From an uncultured bacterium (GTDB taxonomy: Bacteria; Patescibacteriota; Minisyncoccia; Phycocordibacterales; CAIRYW01), in contig CAVYBO010000001.1 of the NCBI GenBank assembly GCA_963766885.1, positions 132,352 to 196,351 of the forward strand: a stretch of DNA of 64,000 bases. The letters are read 5' to 3'. The notes beneath the pieces are model-generated. The model did not search any database. It had not been told where the DNA came from and was given only the letters and a program-made list of their open reading frames with translations. This document shows positions 28,572 through 36,895 of the stretch, in pieces (the first letter of the stretch is position 1; every line of letters starts with the position of its first letter). Made by a program: the position numbers and the translations under genes.

Positions 28572-29189
28572 ATGAGTACTTTAGATATTTCTTCAGATGT
28601 CGATTTGGAAGCAATCGCCCAAAGAATCAAAGCCAGAGACCAGGAAGCAATGGGACAGCTGGTGATATCCCTTCAGACGATTGTCACCGCTATCATCATG
28701 AAAGTTGTTCATAATCAGCATGATTCGGAGGATGTTTTCTCCGAGGTAATGGTGCAAGTCTGGGACCTCATCGATAACTTCAACCCCAGCAAAGGCAAAT
28801 TTATGGGTTGGATCGTTACGCTGGCTCGTCGTCGGGCTATTGACAGGCTGCGGGCAAAGCAGACCTTCCACAGGTATCACGACGAATTAGCAAGGGAGCA
28901 GTCATTCCTTGAAGGGAGTCTTTCTGATTTCTCTGAAATGATTGATCTCGATGAAGATGTGCGCGAGAGAGTTCGTCAACTGATAAATAGCGAAGGGATT
29001 CCTGTGGCACAGAGGGAGGCGCTCTACCTTGCTTTCTTTGGCGGCCTTAGCCATAGGGAGATTGCTCTACGGACAGGCAAGCCGCTTGGCACAATCAAGA
29101 CTCGCTTGGAGCTTGGCATGGCCAAAGTCGAAAGCCTGATTCGGAACGATTCAATCTGCAAAGATTGGATCCTTGCAGACAGTATGTGA
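28572..29189 (+). CDS. ECF-type RNA polymerase sigma factor (sigma-70 regions 2 and 4)
   Basis: Region 2 …FSEVMVQVWDLIDNFNPSKGKFMGWIVTLARRRAIDRLR… and region 4 …AQREALYLAFFGGLSHREIALRTGKPLGTIKTRLELGMAKV. GC-richer than the flanks. No obvious anti-sigma factor gene adjacent. Confidence 0.8.
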   Translation: MSTLDISSDVDLEAIAQRIKARDQEAMGQLVISLQTIVTAIIMKVVHNQHDSEDVFSEVMVQVWDLIDNFNPSKGKFMGWIVTLARRRAIDRLRAKQTFHRYHDELAREQSFLEGSLSDFSEMIDLDEDVRERVRQLINSEGIPVAQREALYLAFFGGLSHREIALRTGKPLGTIKTRLELGMAKVESLIRNDSICKDWILADSM

Positions 29190-29214
29190 GACCGAAAGGT
29201 CTCAATTTTTTTTA
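29188..29214 (+). terminator. rho-independent terminator after ECF sigma gene
   Basis: GAGACC GAAA GGTCTC hairpin followed by AATTTTTTTT. Confidence 0.7.
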
Positions 29215-29470
29215 TTTAAAAATCTTGAAATGAAAATTTAATTATAAAAAATTCGCCCAGAGTGAGCGATTAAAACGGCAAAATAGGATAACGAAACAAT
29301 AGGTAAAGAATGATGCAGCATGCCACCTCTGCACATAAAACGTGTCCTGGTCTTCCAGTGAAAAGTCGTAATTCAAGAAGGAGATGATCCTTCTGTTCCG
29401 CTAAAGTTTTAAAGAGCTTCATATAAACAATTTTCCACGTATCTGTACAAATGTCAATGTTTTAAATTGA

Positions 29471-29503
29471 GTAGTTAAACGTCAAAGATAGAGTTATTAT
29501 TAA
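29471..29503 (+). promoter_or_regulatory. conserved 33-nt motif copy B (GTAGTTAAACGTCAAAGATAGAGTTATTATTAA)
   Basis: 30/33 identical to copy A. Ends 3 nt before the ATG of the DHFR-like gene and contains TATTAT, a -10-like element. Confidence 0.4.
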
Positions 29504-29506
29504 TAT

Positions 29507-30121
29507 ATGAGAAAAATAATTACCACAACATTTTTAACTTTAGACGGCGTGATGCAAGCGCCAGGCGGACAGGAAGAAGATAAAACAGGCGGCTTTGCAT
29601 ATGGCGGCTGGAGTATGAAGTATTGGGACGAAGTGGGAGGAAATATTATGACCGGCTTTATGAATCTGCCGTTTGAACTGCTTTTAGGGAGAAAAACATA
29701 TGATATTTTTGCAGCTTATTGGCCAACTTCAAATCAAGACTCCGTAGTGGCAAATCCGTTTAACTCTACCAAAAAATATGTTGTTTCAAATAATCCAGAT
29801 ACAAAGACTCCTTGGCAGAATTCAACACTCGTGACAGGCGACGTGGTGGCAGAAATCCAAAAACTCAAAGCCATGGACGGCCCGGATTTGTGGGTGCATG
29901 GCAGCGGCAACCTTATCCAAACTCTGCTTCAAAATAATCTGATAGACCGAATGCATATTTGGATATGCCCATGCACGGTTGGCGGAGGCAAGCGCTTGTT
30001 TGCAGAAGGCACACAACCAGAAGACTTTAAACTTGTTGACTCCAAAATCTCCAAGACTGGCGTGATTATTGCTACATACGAACCCGCCGGCCCGCTCAAA
30101 ACCGGCTCATTCGCGGGGTAA
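29507..30121 (+). CDS. dihydrofolate reductase family protein (RibD C-terminal domain-like)
   Basis: MRKIITTTFLTLDGVMQAPGG… and …WVHGSGNLIQTLL…, the RibD_C/DHFR-like fold (YwjB/YyaP type). Confidence 0.65.
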   Translation: MRKIITTTFLTLDGVMQAPGGQEEDKTGGFAYGGWSMKYWDEVGGNIMTGFMNLPFELLLGRKTYDIFAAYWPTSNQDSVVANPFNSTKKYVVSNNPDTKTPWQNSTLVTGDVVAEIQKLKAMDGPDLWVHGSGNLIQTLLQNNLIDRMHIWICPCTVGGGKRLFAEGTQPEDFKLVDSKISKTGVIIATYEPAGPLKTGSFAG

Positions 30122-30172
30122 TTGTTTGTGGTAAAATATTGGCTATAAATTAAAAGCTAAGAAGAAAAAGTG

Positions 30173-30310
30173 ATGGATTTTGAAGAACTGGAAGAAAAAA
30201 TTGACTCTCTTGAAGAAGAAATTAGAGTCTTAAAAGACAAGGTTATGTGGATAGAAATTATCGGTTTTATCTACATTCTCATAGTTCTATTTATAACCCA
30301 TACTATTTAG
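30173..30310 (+). CDS. 45-aa tail-anchored peptide (N-terminal coiled coil, C-terminal TM helix)
   Basis: MDFEELEEKIDSLEEEIRVLKDKVMWIEIIGFIYILIVLFITHTI. A purine-rich stretch precedes the ATG. Not in the 60-aa ORF track. Confidence 0.3.
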   Translation: MDFEELEEKIDSLEEEIRVLKDKVMWIEIIGFIYILIVLFITHTI

Positions 30311-30399
30311 GATAATTAACATAGTGTAGTTATTTTAAAAATTTAAGGTAAGAAGTAGATTTAACTTTACAAAACCATTTTTTATGAGATTATTTCCCC

Positions 30400-30999
30400 A
30401 TGGAATTTCAATGGCAATCTCTACATAATCTTGACTCCTATAGCTATCTTTGCGGCTACTGTGGTAATTCTTTAGCCTCAGCACTGGGTTATTCGGCGGC
30501 CCACTTTAATGTTCCAGGACTTCCTTCGGGTCGTCACGCGTTTATATACATATGTCATCATTGTCAGAAACCAACATTTTTTAACATAAATTACAGCGAA
30601 CAAACACCTGGTGTAAAATTTGGTAATTATGTAAAAGATATAACTGATGAAAAAGTAGCTTCTCTCTATGATGAAGCCAGAAGATGTTTTTCACAGAATG
30701 CTTTCACATCTGTTGTTTTAGCTTGTAGAAAACTTTTAATGCACATAGCCGTAGAGAAAGGTGCGCCGGCCGGAAAGAATTTTATTGAATATGTTGAATA
30801 TCTATCAACTCAAAATTATATTCCACCCGATGCAAAAGATTGGGTTGATCATATAAGAAAAAAAGGAAATGAAGCGAATCATGAAATTACGGTTATGTCT
30901 GAAGAAGATGCAAAAGATCTACTTGGTTTTTCAGAAATGCTACTGAAATTAGTGTATGAATTCCCGGCTAATATTAAGAAAAAAACAGCGAAACCTTAA
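30400..30999 (+). CDS. Zn-ribbon-like N-terminus plus DUF4145 (HEPN-like) domain protein
   Basis: N-terminus CGYCGN…CHHCQ (2x CxxC). The C-terminal half …KVASLYDEARRCFSQNAFTSVVLACRKLLMHIAV…IPPDAKDWVDHIRKKGNEANHEITVMSEEDAKDLLGFSEMLLKLVYEF matches the DUF4145 pattern (helical, conserved R…GN..aH). Confidence 0.5.
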   Translation: MEFQWQSLHNLDSYSYLCGYCGNSLASALGYSAAHFNVPGLPSGRHAFIYICHHCQKPTFFNINYSEQTPGVKFGNYVKDITDEKVASLYDEARRCFSQNAFTSVVLACRKLLMHIAVEKGAPAGKNFIEYVEYLSTQNYIPPDAKDWVDHIRKKGNEANHEITVMSEEDAKDLLGFSEMLLKLVYEFPANIKKKTAKP

Positions 31000-31007
31000 T
31001 TTCAAAT

Positions 31008-31847
31008 ATGGAGGCAACAACATCAATCGCAATAGCTGATCTTATTAATTTGTCGCAAGGACTAGCTAGTACTAACCTAGGATATTTAGAAGTTGCTGTT
31101 GCTATAATTGCTATTATTATAGCATTATTGGGAACCGCTTTTTATGTTTTCAATTTTAAACCTCTAAAAGACCTACTTGATAAACAAGAGGATGCCATTA
31201 AAGATTTGAAGAAAGAGGTCAAAGATAGTTTTGATAAGGCAGAAGGGTCATTAAATAAAACTACCGCTGAATTTAAGGATAGTTATTCGAAGGAAATATC
31301 AACAACTTTAGAAAGTAGAGAAGAAAAACTTCTATCAGATGTTAAATCTCAGATAGCAATTTTAGATAAAAATTTATCTCAAAAAATTGAAGATGTTACA
31401 AAAATAAAAGATGATAACCTAAAAACCGTAGTCTTATCAGAGATTGGTAGCCAACTACGTGCTTTGGAAAAGAGTCTAATTGCCAACGTTGCTGAGTACA
31501 AAGAATCAAACATCAAAGAATTGTCTACATTAAAATCTGATTTAGATTCAGGTTTAAGAGAATTGAAAATGAAAGTTAAGGAATTAGAGGCTTTTAAATA
31601 CCACACTGAAGGAAAAATGGGAGGGATTCTATATTTAATGGATGTACTTGAAGATTATATTAAATATAAACCGCATTTACTTGAATTTAGGTTAGAAGAA
31701 ATCAAAGAAAGAATAGGTCAATACTCTTTAACTAAGGAAAGAAGTGACAGGTTAAAAGCAATTCTAAATAAAATAAAAGGTAAAGAGTACGATAAAATAA
31801 TTGCTGAAATTGAAAGCGCAATTGTCTTAGAAGAAGAAAAAAAATAA
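31008..31847 (+). CDS. membrane-anchored coiled-coil protein (hypothetical)
   Basis: One N-terminal TM helix (LEVAVAIIAIIIALLGTAFYVF), then about 250 aa of K/E-rich heptad-like sequence. Starts 8 nt after the DUF4145 gene. Confidence 0.45.
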   Translation: MEATTSIAIADLINLSQGLASTNLGYLEVAVAIIAIIIALLGTAFYVFNFKPLKDLLDKQEDAIKDLKKEVKDSFDKAEGSLNKTTAEFKDSYSKEISTTLESREEKLLSDVKSQIAILDKNLSQKIEDVTKIKDDNLKTVVLSEIGSQLRALEKSLIANVAEYKESNIKELSTLKSDLDSGLRELKMKVKELEAFKYHTEGKMGGILYLMDVLEDYIKYKPHLLEFRLEEIKERIGQYSLTKERSDRLKAILNKIKGKEYDKIIAEIESAIVLEEEKK

Positions 31848-31851
31848 TTTT

Positions 31852-32994
31852 CTAATGATGTGAATGGCCGCCGGAAGTTTTTTCTCCTGGTTTTAGGAAA
31901 TAGGTTGCGATGAGTGTGGTGATTGGTACGCAAAGGATTAGACCTATGGAGCCTATGAGAATTCGGACGATTTCTGTGGCAAAGATTTCTTTATTAATGG
32001 TGTAAGCCAATCCGTAAGTAGAACTTTGTGCCAAAAGCAGGATTGGAAGTGCTGCGCCCACGTAGGCGATTGCCAAAGTGTTGACCAACGCGCCGATGTG
32101 TTCGCGGCCAATGCGGATGGCGCGTTTGTAAATTTGCTTCTTGTTTACATTGCTATTCATTTCATTGCTGTGTGTATTTGCTGCATTCAATAATTCTTCC
32201 ACGGCCACAGCTTGGCCTATACTGATGTCGTAGAGCACTCCAAGAAGTCCAATCATAATTGCGCCAAAGAGAAGGCCAACCAAATCAATTGTGCCGCTGG
32301 AATTAAAATTCAAGAAAGAAGCTTCTTCACTGTTGTAGCCTGTCAGGTTGGCGGCGTGGATAAAATAATAGGCTGCGAGTCCTGTGATGATGACGGTGAT
32401 AATCATTCCCACAACTGCGGCTGAGGTGGTGCGGTTGAATCCGTGGGTGATGTATGAGCCGACGATTATGATGAGCGATGCAATACCTATGCTAAGAAAC
32501 GCGGGCGAGTATCCAGCAAGGATTCCTGGAATGAGGAGATAAAAAATAATAATCATACTGCCACAAAGGCTCACAAATCCGCGCACACCTTGGATGCCGC
32601 CAAAAATAATTGTCAGCGCTAAAAATATTAATGCCAAAACCAAAAGAACATTGAGGCGATATGGATCCGAAACAGAATACTCATCTTGATTGCCGTCGGT
32701 TGTGTGATGCAGATAAAACTCATCTCCGGTTTTGAGCTGCACGTAGTCGTTATCAAAAATAATTGTGCGGCCAGCATCAACTCCACTCATCACGTATGCT
32801 TTGAGAGTTTGGATTTGGGAAACTGTGTTTGTGCCAGCGACTGTAGAAGTGCCTTGATTTGAAACACCCACAACTTGAGCTTTTTCTATAACATCAAGCG
32901 TGCCTTGCGGGGCAGAAGTTGTGGCTGTTTGAGCGAAGGCGTTTGAGGCGTCAAAAATTAAAAACAAATAGAAAAAAATCAACGCGTTTTTCAT
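31852..32994 (-). CDS. YibE/F family membrane protein
   Basis: Signal peptide, a soluble N-domain, then a polytopic region with …GFNRTTSAAVVGMIIT… and …RIGREHIGALVNTLAIAYVGAALPILLL…, typical of YibE/F. Confidence 0.7.
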   Translation of the reverse strand: MKNALIFFYLFLIFDASNAFAQTATTSAPQGTLDVIEKAQVVGVSNQGTSTVAGTNTVSQIQTLKAYVMSGVDAGRTIIFDNDYVQLKTGDEFYLHHTTDGNQDEYSVSDPYRLNVLLVLALIFLALTIIFGGIQGVRGFVSLCGSMIIIFYLLIPGILAGYSPAFLSIGIASLIIIVGSYITHGFNRTTSAAVVGMIITVIITGLAAYYFIHAANLTGYNSEEASFLNFNSSGTIDLVGLLFGAIMIGLLGVLYDISIGQAVAVEELLNAANTHSNEMNSNVNKKQIYKRAIRIGREHIGALVNTLAIAYVGAALPILLLAQSSTYGLAYTINKEIFATEIVRILIGSIGLILCVPITTLIATYFLKPGEKTSGGHSHH

Positions 32995-33029
32995 TATTTT
33001 AGTATAACATTTTAGAATAATAAACTTCG

Positions 33030-33476
33030 CTATTCAGCTCTTGCAGAAGTTTGGTAGAGAGTAACAGCTTGTTCCAAAAGTTTATCTTTAGCAAAATCAA
33101 CGTCGGTATCGCCTTGCAATTCTTTTACGGCAACAAAGACAAAATTACTATTAACTCTTTTGTACATCTTTTTACTTGCCACAAGCGTCCTGACTTGGCA
33201 GTCATCGATATAAAGTTTTCCTTTTAAAGAATCTAAAACCGTTTTTGCCATATTATCCACATCTCGGGTATCGTAATCTTTCTTGAGCAGGAAGAATTGC
33301 AGTATAAAAACCACAACTTCTTTTTTGGATGGAAAAGTGGGCAGGTTTATTATTTCTCTGGTAATTGTTTTATCAACCAAAGTTTTAAATGCAGAAACTT
33401 TTTCACCCTCTCTGTCATCTTGCTTTGAGGGGATTATTTCAGTAAGTCCGAACCTGTAGTCAAAATATTTAGACAT
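33030..33476 (-). CDS. rusA: RusA-like Holliday junction resolvase (endodeoxyribonuclease RusA family)
   Basis: The motif DVDNMAKTVLDSLKGKLYIDDCQVRTLVASKKM fits the RusA catalytic signature DxDNxxKxxxDAL…DDxQV…K. Confidence 0.5.
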   Translation of the reverse strand: MSKYFDYRFGLTEIIPSKQDDREGEKVSAFKTLVDKTITREIINLPTFPSKKEVVVFILQFFLLKKDYDTRDVDNMAKTVLDSLKGKLYIDDCQVRTLVASKKMYKRVNSNFVFVAVKELQGDTDVDFAKDKLLEQAVTLYQTSARAE

Positions 33477-33632
33477 TTAATGCTTCTTTGCTTGAAATTT
33501 CACGCGAGTTTCAACAGGAACTTTTTCTTTTGCTACAAACTTAACTTTTTCTCCAGTCTTAGTGTAAAGACTCACCTGAACTGGCTTGTTTTTATATTGA
33601 GTTGCTATAAATGTTACAGTTTTTTTATTCAT
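33477..33632 (-). CDS. 51-aa basic protein, translationally coupled to rusA-like gene
   Basis: MNKKTVTFIATQYKNKPVQVSLYTKTGEKVKFVAKEKVPVETRVKFQAKKH. Its stop TAA directly abuts the ATG of the downstream gene. Confidence 0.3.
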   Translation of the reverse strand: MNKKTVTFIATQYKNKPVQVSLYTKTGEKVKFVAKEKVPVETRVKFQAKKH

Positions 33633-33742
33633 AGATTTAATTTAATTATATATCACTTTAAAATCAATTGAAAGATACTAATAATAACGTTTGTTTAGTG
33701 GAAAAGTTGCATAAAAAAATCGCTTCCCATTTGCATGAGAAG

Positions 33743-34024
33743 CTAGTGCGCCGGAGCGGGGATGAGGACTTTTTCGTGTTCGGTACCGTCTCCAAGACGG
33801 TAAACCTCGACGACTTCTCCGTTGGCCTTGCGGCCGACGCAGTTCTCCTGCTCTTGGAATAGGAAGCCGTAGTTTCCGTGGCCGAATTCAGCGGTCATAC
33901 GCTGGTTGAAGTCTTTCATTTCGTTGTTGGAGTCCCGGTCCACTTTCTTGAGTTCTTGAGGAATTCCATAGCCGAAAATCCAAATGCATGCGCCCAACAG
34001 TAAGACACAAAAGATCACTTTCAT
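33743..34024 (-). CDS. putative lipoprotein (hypothetical)
   Basis: MKVIFCVLLLGAC: signal peptide with an L-G-A-C lipobox. GC-rich coding sequence. Confidence 0.4.
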   Translation of the reverse strand: MKVIFCVLLLGACIWIFGYGIPQELKKVDRDSNNEMKDFNQRMTAEFGHGNYGFLFQEQENCVGRKANGEVVEVYRLGDGTEHEKVLIPAPAH

Positions 34025-34123
34025 ATGCTTATAAACTACAATACTAATTACAAAAGTCAATATATTCAATAAAAATCTACATTTTAATTCAAACGTCTTT
34101 CAAAATATGCTAAACTAGCGCTT

Positions 34124-36700
34124 ATGTCAGTTTTGCAAACATTATTTGGCGATGCCACAGGCAAATTCATCAAAGCCGCTGAGCCGATAGTCAAAAAAAT
34201 AAACGATCTTGAGCCTGATTTTCAAAAGCTTACAGATGCTGAATTGAAACAGAAAACTGTTGAATTTAAAGAACGCTTAAATAAAGGAGAGACTTTTGAT
34301 GATATTTTGCCGGAAGCATTTGCTCTAGTGCGCGAAGCATCCAAGAGGACTTTGGGTTTGAGGCATTTTGACGTGCAGCTTATCGGAGGACTGGCGCTTC
34401 ACAAAGGAAAGATTGCCGAAATGCGCACAGGAGAAGGTAAGACATTGGTGGCAACATTGCCGCTGTATCTTAATGCCTTAAATGGAAAAGGTGTGCATTT
34501 GGTGACTGTGAACGATTATCTTTCTCGAAGAGACGCAGTCTGGATGGGACAGATTTTTGATTTTCTTGGACTTACTGTGGGAGTTATCAATCACGACTCT
34601 TCATATTTGTATGACTCAACGCACACAGAACTGGATGAAAAAAGAGATGAAGTGGCCACATACAAAGTCGTCTACGAATTTCTACGACCAATAACTAGAC
34701 CTGAAGCATACAGAGCAGACATTACTTATGGAACCAACAATGAATTCGGGTTTGATTATTTGCGCGATAATATTTCATATAACGTTACTGATTTAAGACA
34801 GAGAGAATTTGAATATGCGATTGTGGATGAGATTGACTCTATTTTGATTGATGAAGCAAGAACGCCTTTGATAATTTCTGGACCCGCTGCGCAGGCGGAA
34901 AATTTGTATGTGGTTTTTGCCAAGATTGCAGAAAAACTTCACGAAGGAGAAGATTTTGAAATTGATCACAAAAGGCGAACAGTGTCTTTGACGGACGCGG
35001 GAATTGAAAAAGCGGAAAAAGCCCTTGGAGTGGATAATATTTATACTGAAAAAGGAATCAAGTACGTGCATCATTTGGAAACTGCGGTCAAAGCCAAAGG
35101 GCTTTTTCATTTGGACAAAGAATACGTGGTGCGCGACGGCGAGGTGATGATTGTGGATGAATTTACAGGACGCATGCAGCCGGGCAGAAGATGGAGCGAA
35201 GGCTTGCATCAGGCAATTGAAGCCAAAGAAGGAGTAAAGATAAAAGAAGAAACTCGCACATACGCATCGGTGACATATCAAAATTATTTTAGACTCTACA
35301 AAAAACTTGCTGGAATGACAGGAACAGCCAAAACATCAGCGGAAGAGTTTATGAAAGTGTACAAGCTTGAAACAATTGAAGTGCCAACGCACGTGCAGGT
35401 GCAGAGAACGGATCATCACGATTTGATTTTCCAGAGCGAAGACGGCAAATTCAGCGCCATTGCAAAACGCGTCAAAGAAATTCATCAAAAGGGCCAGCCG
35501 ATTCTTATTGGTACGGTTTCGATTGATAGAAACGAACTTTTGAGCGAGAGATTGAGACGTGAAGGAATTCCTCACCAGATTTTGAATGCAAAAAATCACG
35601 AAAGAGAAGGTGAAATTATTGCAGGCGCAGGAAATAAAGGTGCTGTGACGATTGCCACAAACATGGCGGGAAGAGGAGTGGACATCAAACTTGGAGGATT
35701 GCCCTACAGTGATGAAAAGGCCGAGGAAGTCAAAAAACTTGGCGGACTTTTTGTGCTTGGAACAGAGCGACACGAAGCTAGAAGAATTGATAATCAGCTG
35801 CGAGGACGATCCGGACGACAGGGAGATTCTGGCGAGACGCAGTTTATGGTATCTCTAGAAGATAGTTTGATGAAAGCATTTCCAACCGACACAATCAAAA
35901 GAGTGATGCAGATGGGATTCCAACCTGATGAGCCGATAAAAAGCAGAATCGTGTCGCATTCTATTGAAAGCGCTCAGACCAAGATTGAAGGTTTGCATTT
36001 TGACGCCAGGAAACACGTGCTTGAATTTGACGATGTGCTGAACCATCAGCGAAGCGTGATTTACGGACGCCGCAGAAAAATTTTAACAGGAACAGAAGAA
36101 GACGTGCGCGAGGAACTTAATGAAATGTTATCAGGATCTCAGGGTCACAGTCTTCGTTCGCCGTTGGCGAAGTCGCCTGTGACGCCTTCGATCCTACCTA
36201 AAGCCGAGGAAGTGCAAGGATTCGAGTCTGTTTTGAAAGAAAAAGAAAAGCAAATTGGCACGGATGCTTTTGTTGCGGGTGTGCGGGCTTTGATGCTGCA
36301 AGCGATTGATTTTTTCTGGATGGATCACTTGGAGATGATGGATTATTTGCGAGGCAGTGTGAACTTGCGCGCATATGGCCAGAGAGATCCGCTTGTTGAA
36401 TACAAAAAAGAAGGACTGATTCTTTTCCGAAACATGGAAGTGTCAATTGCAAATATGGTTGCTGAAGCTCTGCCAAATATGTCTGGACCGATTAAATTGG
36501 AAGCAATCAAAAACACTGTAGAAGTCCACGAAGGACCAACTGCTGAAGCGCCTCAAGCTCCAAAACCGATAGCTGTAGAAGCTAAAGTTGGCCGAAACGA
36601 TCCTTGCCCCTGCGGAAGCGGAAAGAAATACAAAAAATGCGGGGAATTAAACACCGAAGAACACAGAAACCTGATGGCCCAGAAGATGGCAGGTAAGTAG
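34124..36700 (+). CDS. secA: preprotein translocase subunit SecA
   Basis: DEAD motor motifs (…MRTGEGKTLVATLP…, …DEIDSILIDEARTPLIISG…), the helical scaffold, and the C-terminal zinc finger CPCGSGKKYKKC. Confidence 0.9.
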   Translation: MSVLQTLFGDATGKFIKAAEPIVKKINDLEPDFQKLTDAELKQKTVEFKERLNKGETFDDILPEAFALVREASKRTLGLRHFDVQLIGGLALHKGKIAEMRTGEGKTLVATLPLYLNALNGKGVHLVTVNDYLSRRDAVWMGQIFDFLGLTVGVINHDSSYLYDSTHTELDEKRDEVATYKVVYEFLRPITRPEAYRADITYGTNNEFGFDYLRDNISYNVTDLRQREFEYAIVDEIDSILIDEARTPLIISGPAAQAENLYVVFAKIAEKLHEGEDFEIDHKRRTVSLTDAGIEKAEKALGVDNIYTEKGIKYVHHLETAVKAKGLFHLDKEYVVRDGEVMIVDEFTGRMQPGRRWSEGLHQAIEAKEGVKIKEETRTYASVTYQNYFRLYKKLAGMTGTAKTSAEEFMKVYKLETIEVPTHVQVQRTDHHDLIFQSEDGKFSAIAKRVKEIHQKGQPILIGTVSIDRNELLSERLRREGIPHQILNAKNHEREGEIIAGAGNKGAVTIATNMAGRGVDIKLGGLPYSDEKAEEVKKLGGLFVLGTERHEARRIDNQLRGRSGRQGDSGETQFMVSLEDSLMKAFPTDTIKRVMQMGFQPDEPIKSRIVSHSIESAQTKIEGLHFDARKHVLEFDDVLNHQRSVIYGRRRKILTGTEEDVREELNEMLSGSQGHSLRSPLAKSPVTPSILPKAEEVQGFESVLKEKEKQIGTDAFVAGVRALMLQAIDFFWMDHLEMMDYLRGSVNLRAYGQRDPLVEYKKEGLILFRNMEVSIANMVAEALPNMSGPIKLEAIKNTVEVHEGPTAEAPQAPKPIAVEAKVGRNDPCPCGSGKKYKKCGELNTEEHRNLMAQKMAGK

Positions 36701-36765
36701 CTGAGCACACCGTCAGTCTAGGCTTCGCCTATCACTTCTGAAACTGCCGCGAGAGCGGCAAACCG

Positions 36766-36798
36766 GCGGCTCGATTAATTTCGAGCCGCTATTTTTAT
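36766..36798 (+). terminator. rho-independent terminator after secA
   Basis: GCGGCTCGA TTAATT TCGAGCCGC, a 9-bp GC-rich stem, followed by TATTTTTAT. Confidence 0.7.
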
Positions 36799-36895
36799 AA
36801 TTAATTCTGCTTGACATCTGCAGCTTTTGTAAAAGTTTTTTGGTTTTTTGCACCCGAGAGACAAATAAATTCGAATAAAGTATTATGTACATACT

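Noticed and set aside
33711-33745. Weak 5-bp hairpin (GCTTC…GAAGC) plus A-run downstream of the lipoprotein gene
   Set aside because: The stem is only 5 bp and overlaps the stop codon. It was not reported as a terminator feature.
34793-35773. Minus-strand ORFs 34793..35281 and 35336..35773 inside secA
   Set aside because: They are antisense to a highly conserved SecA coding region and their composition is not protein-like (Cys/Phe/His-rich).
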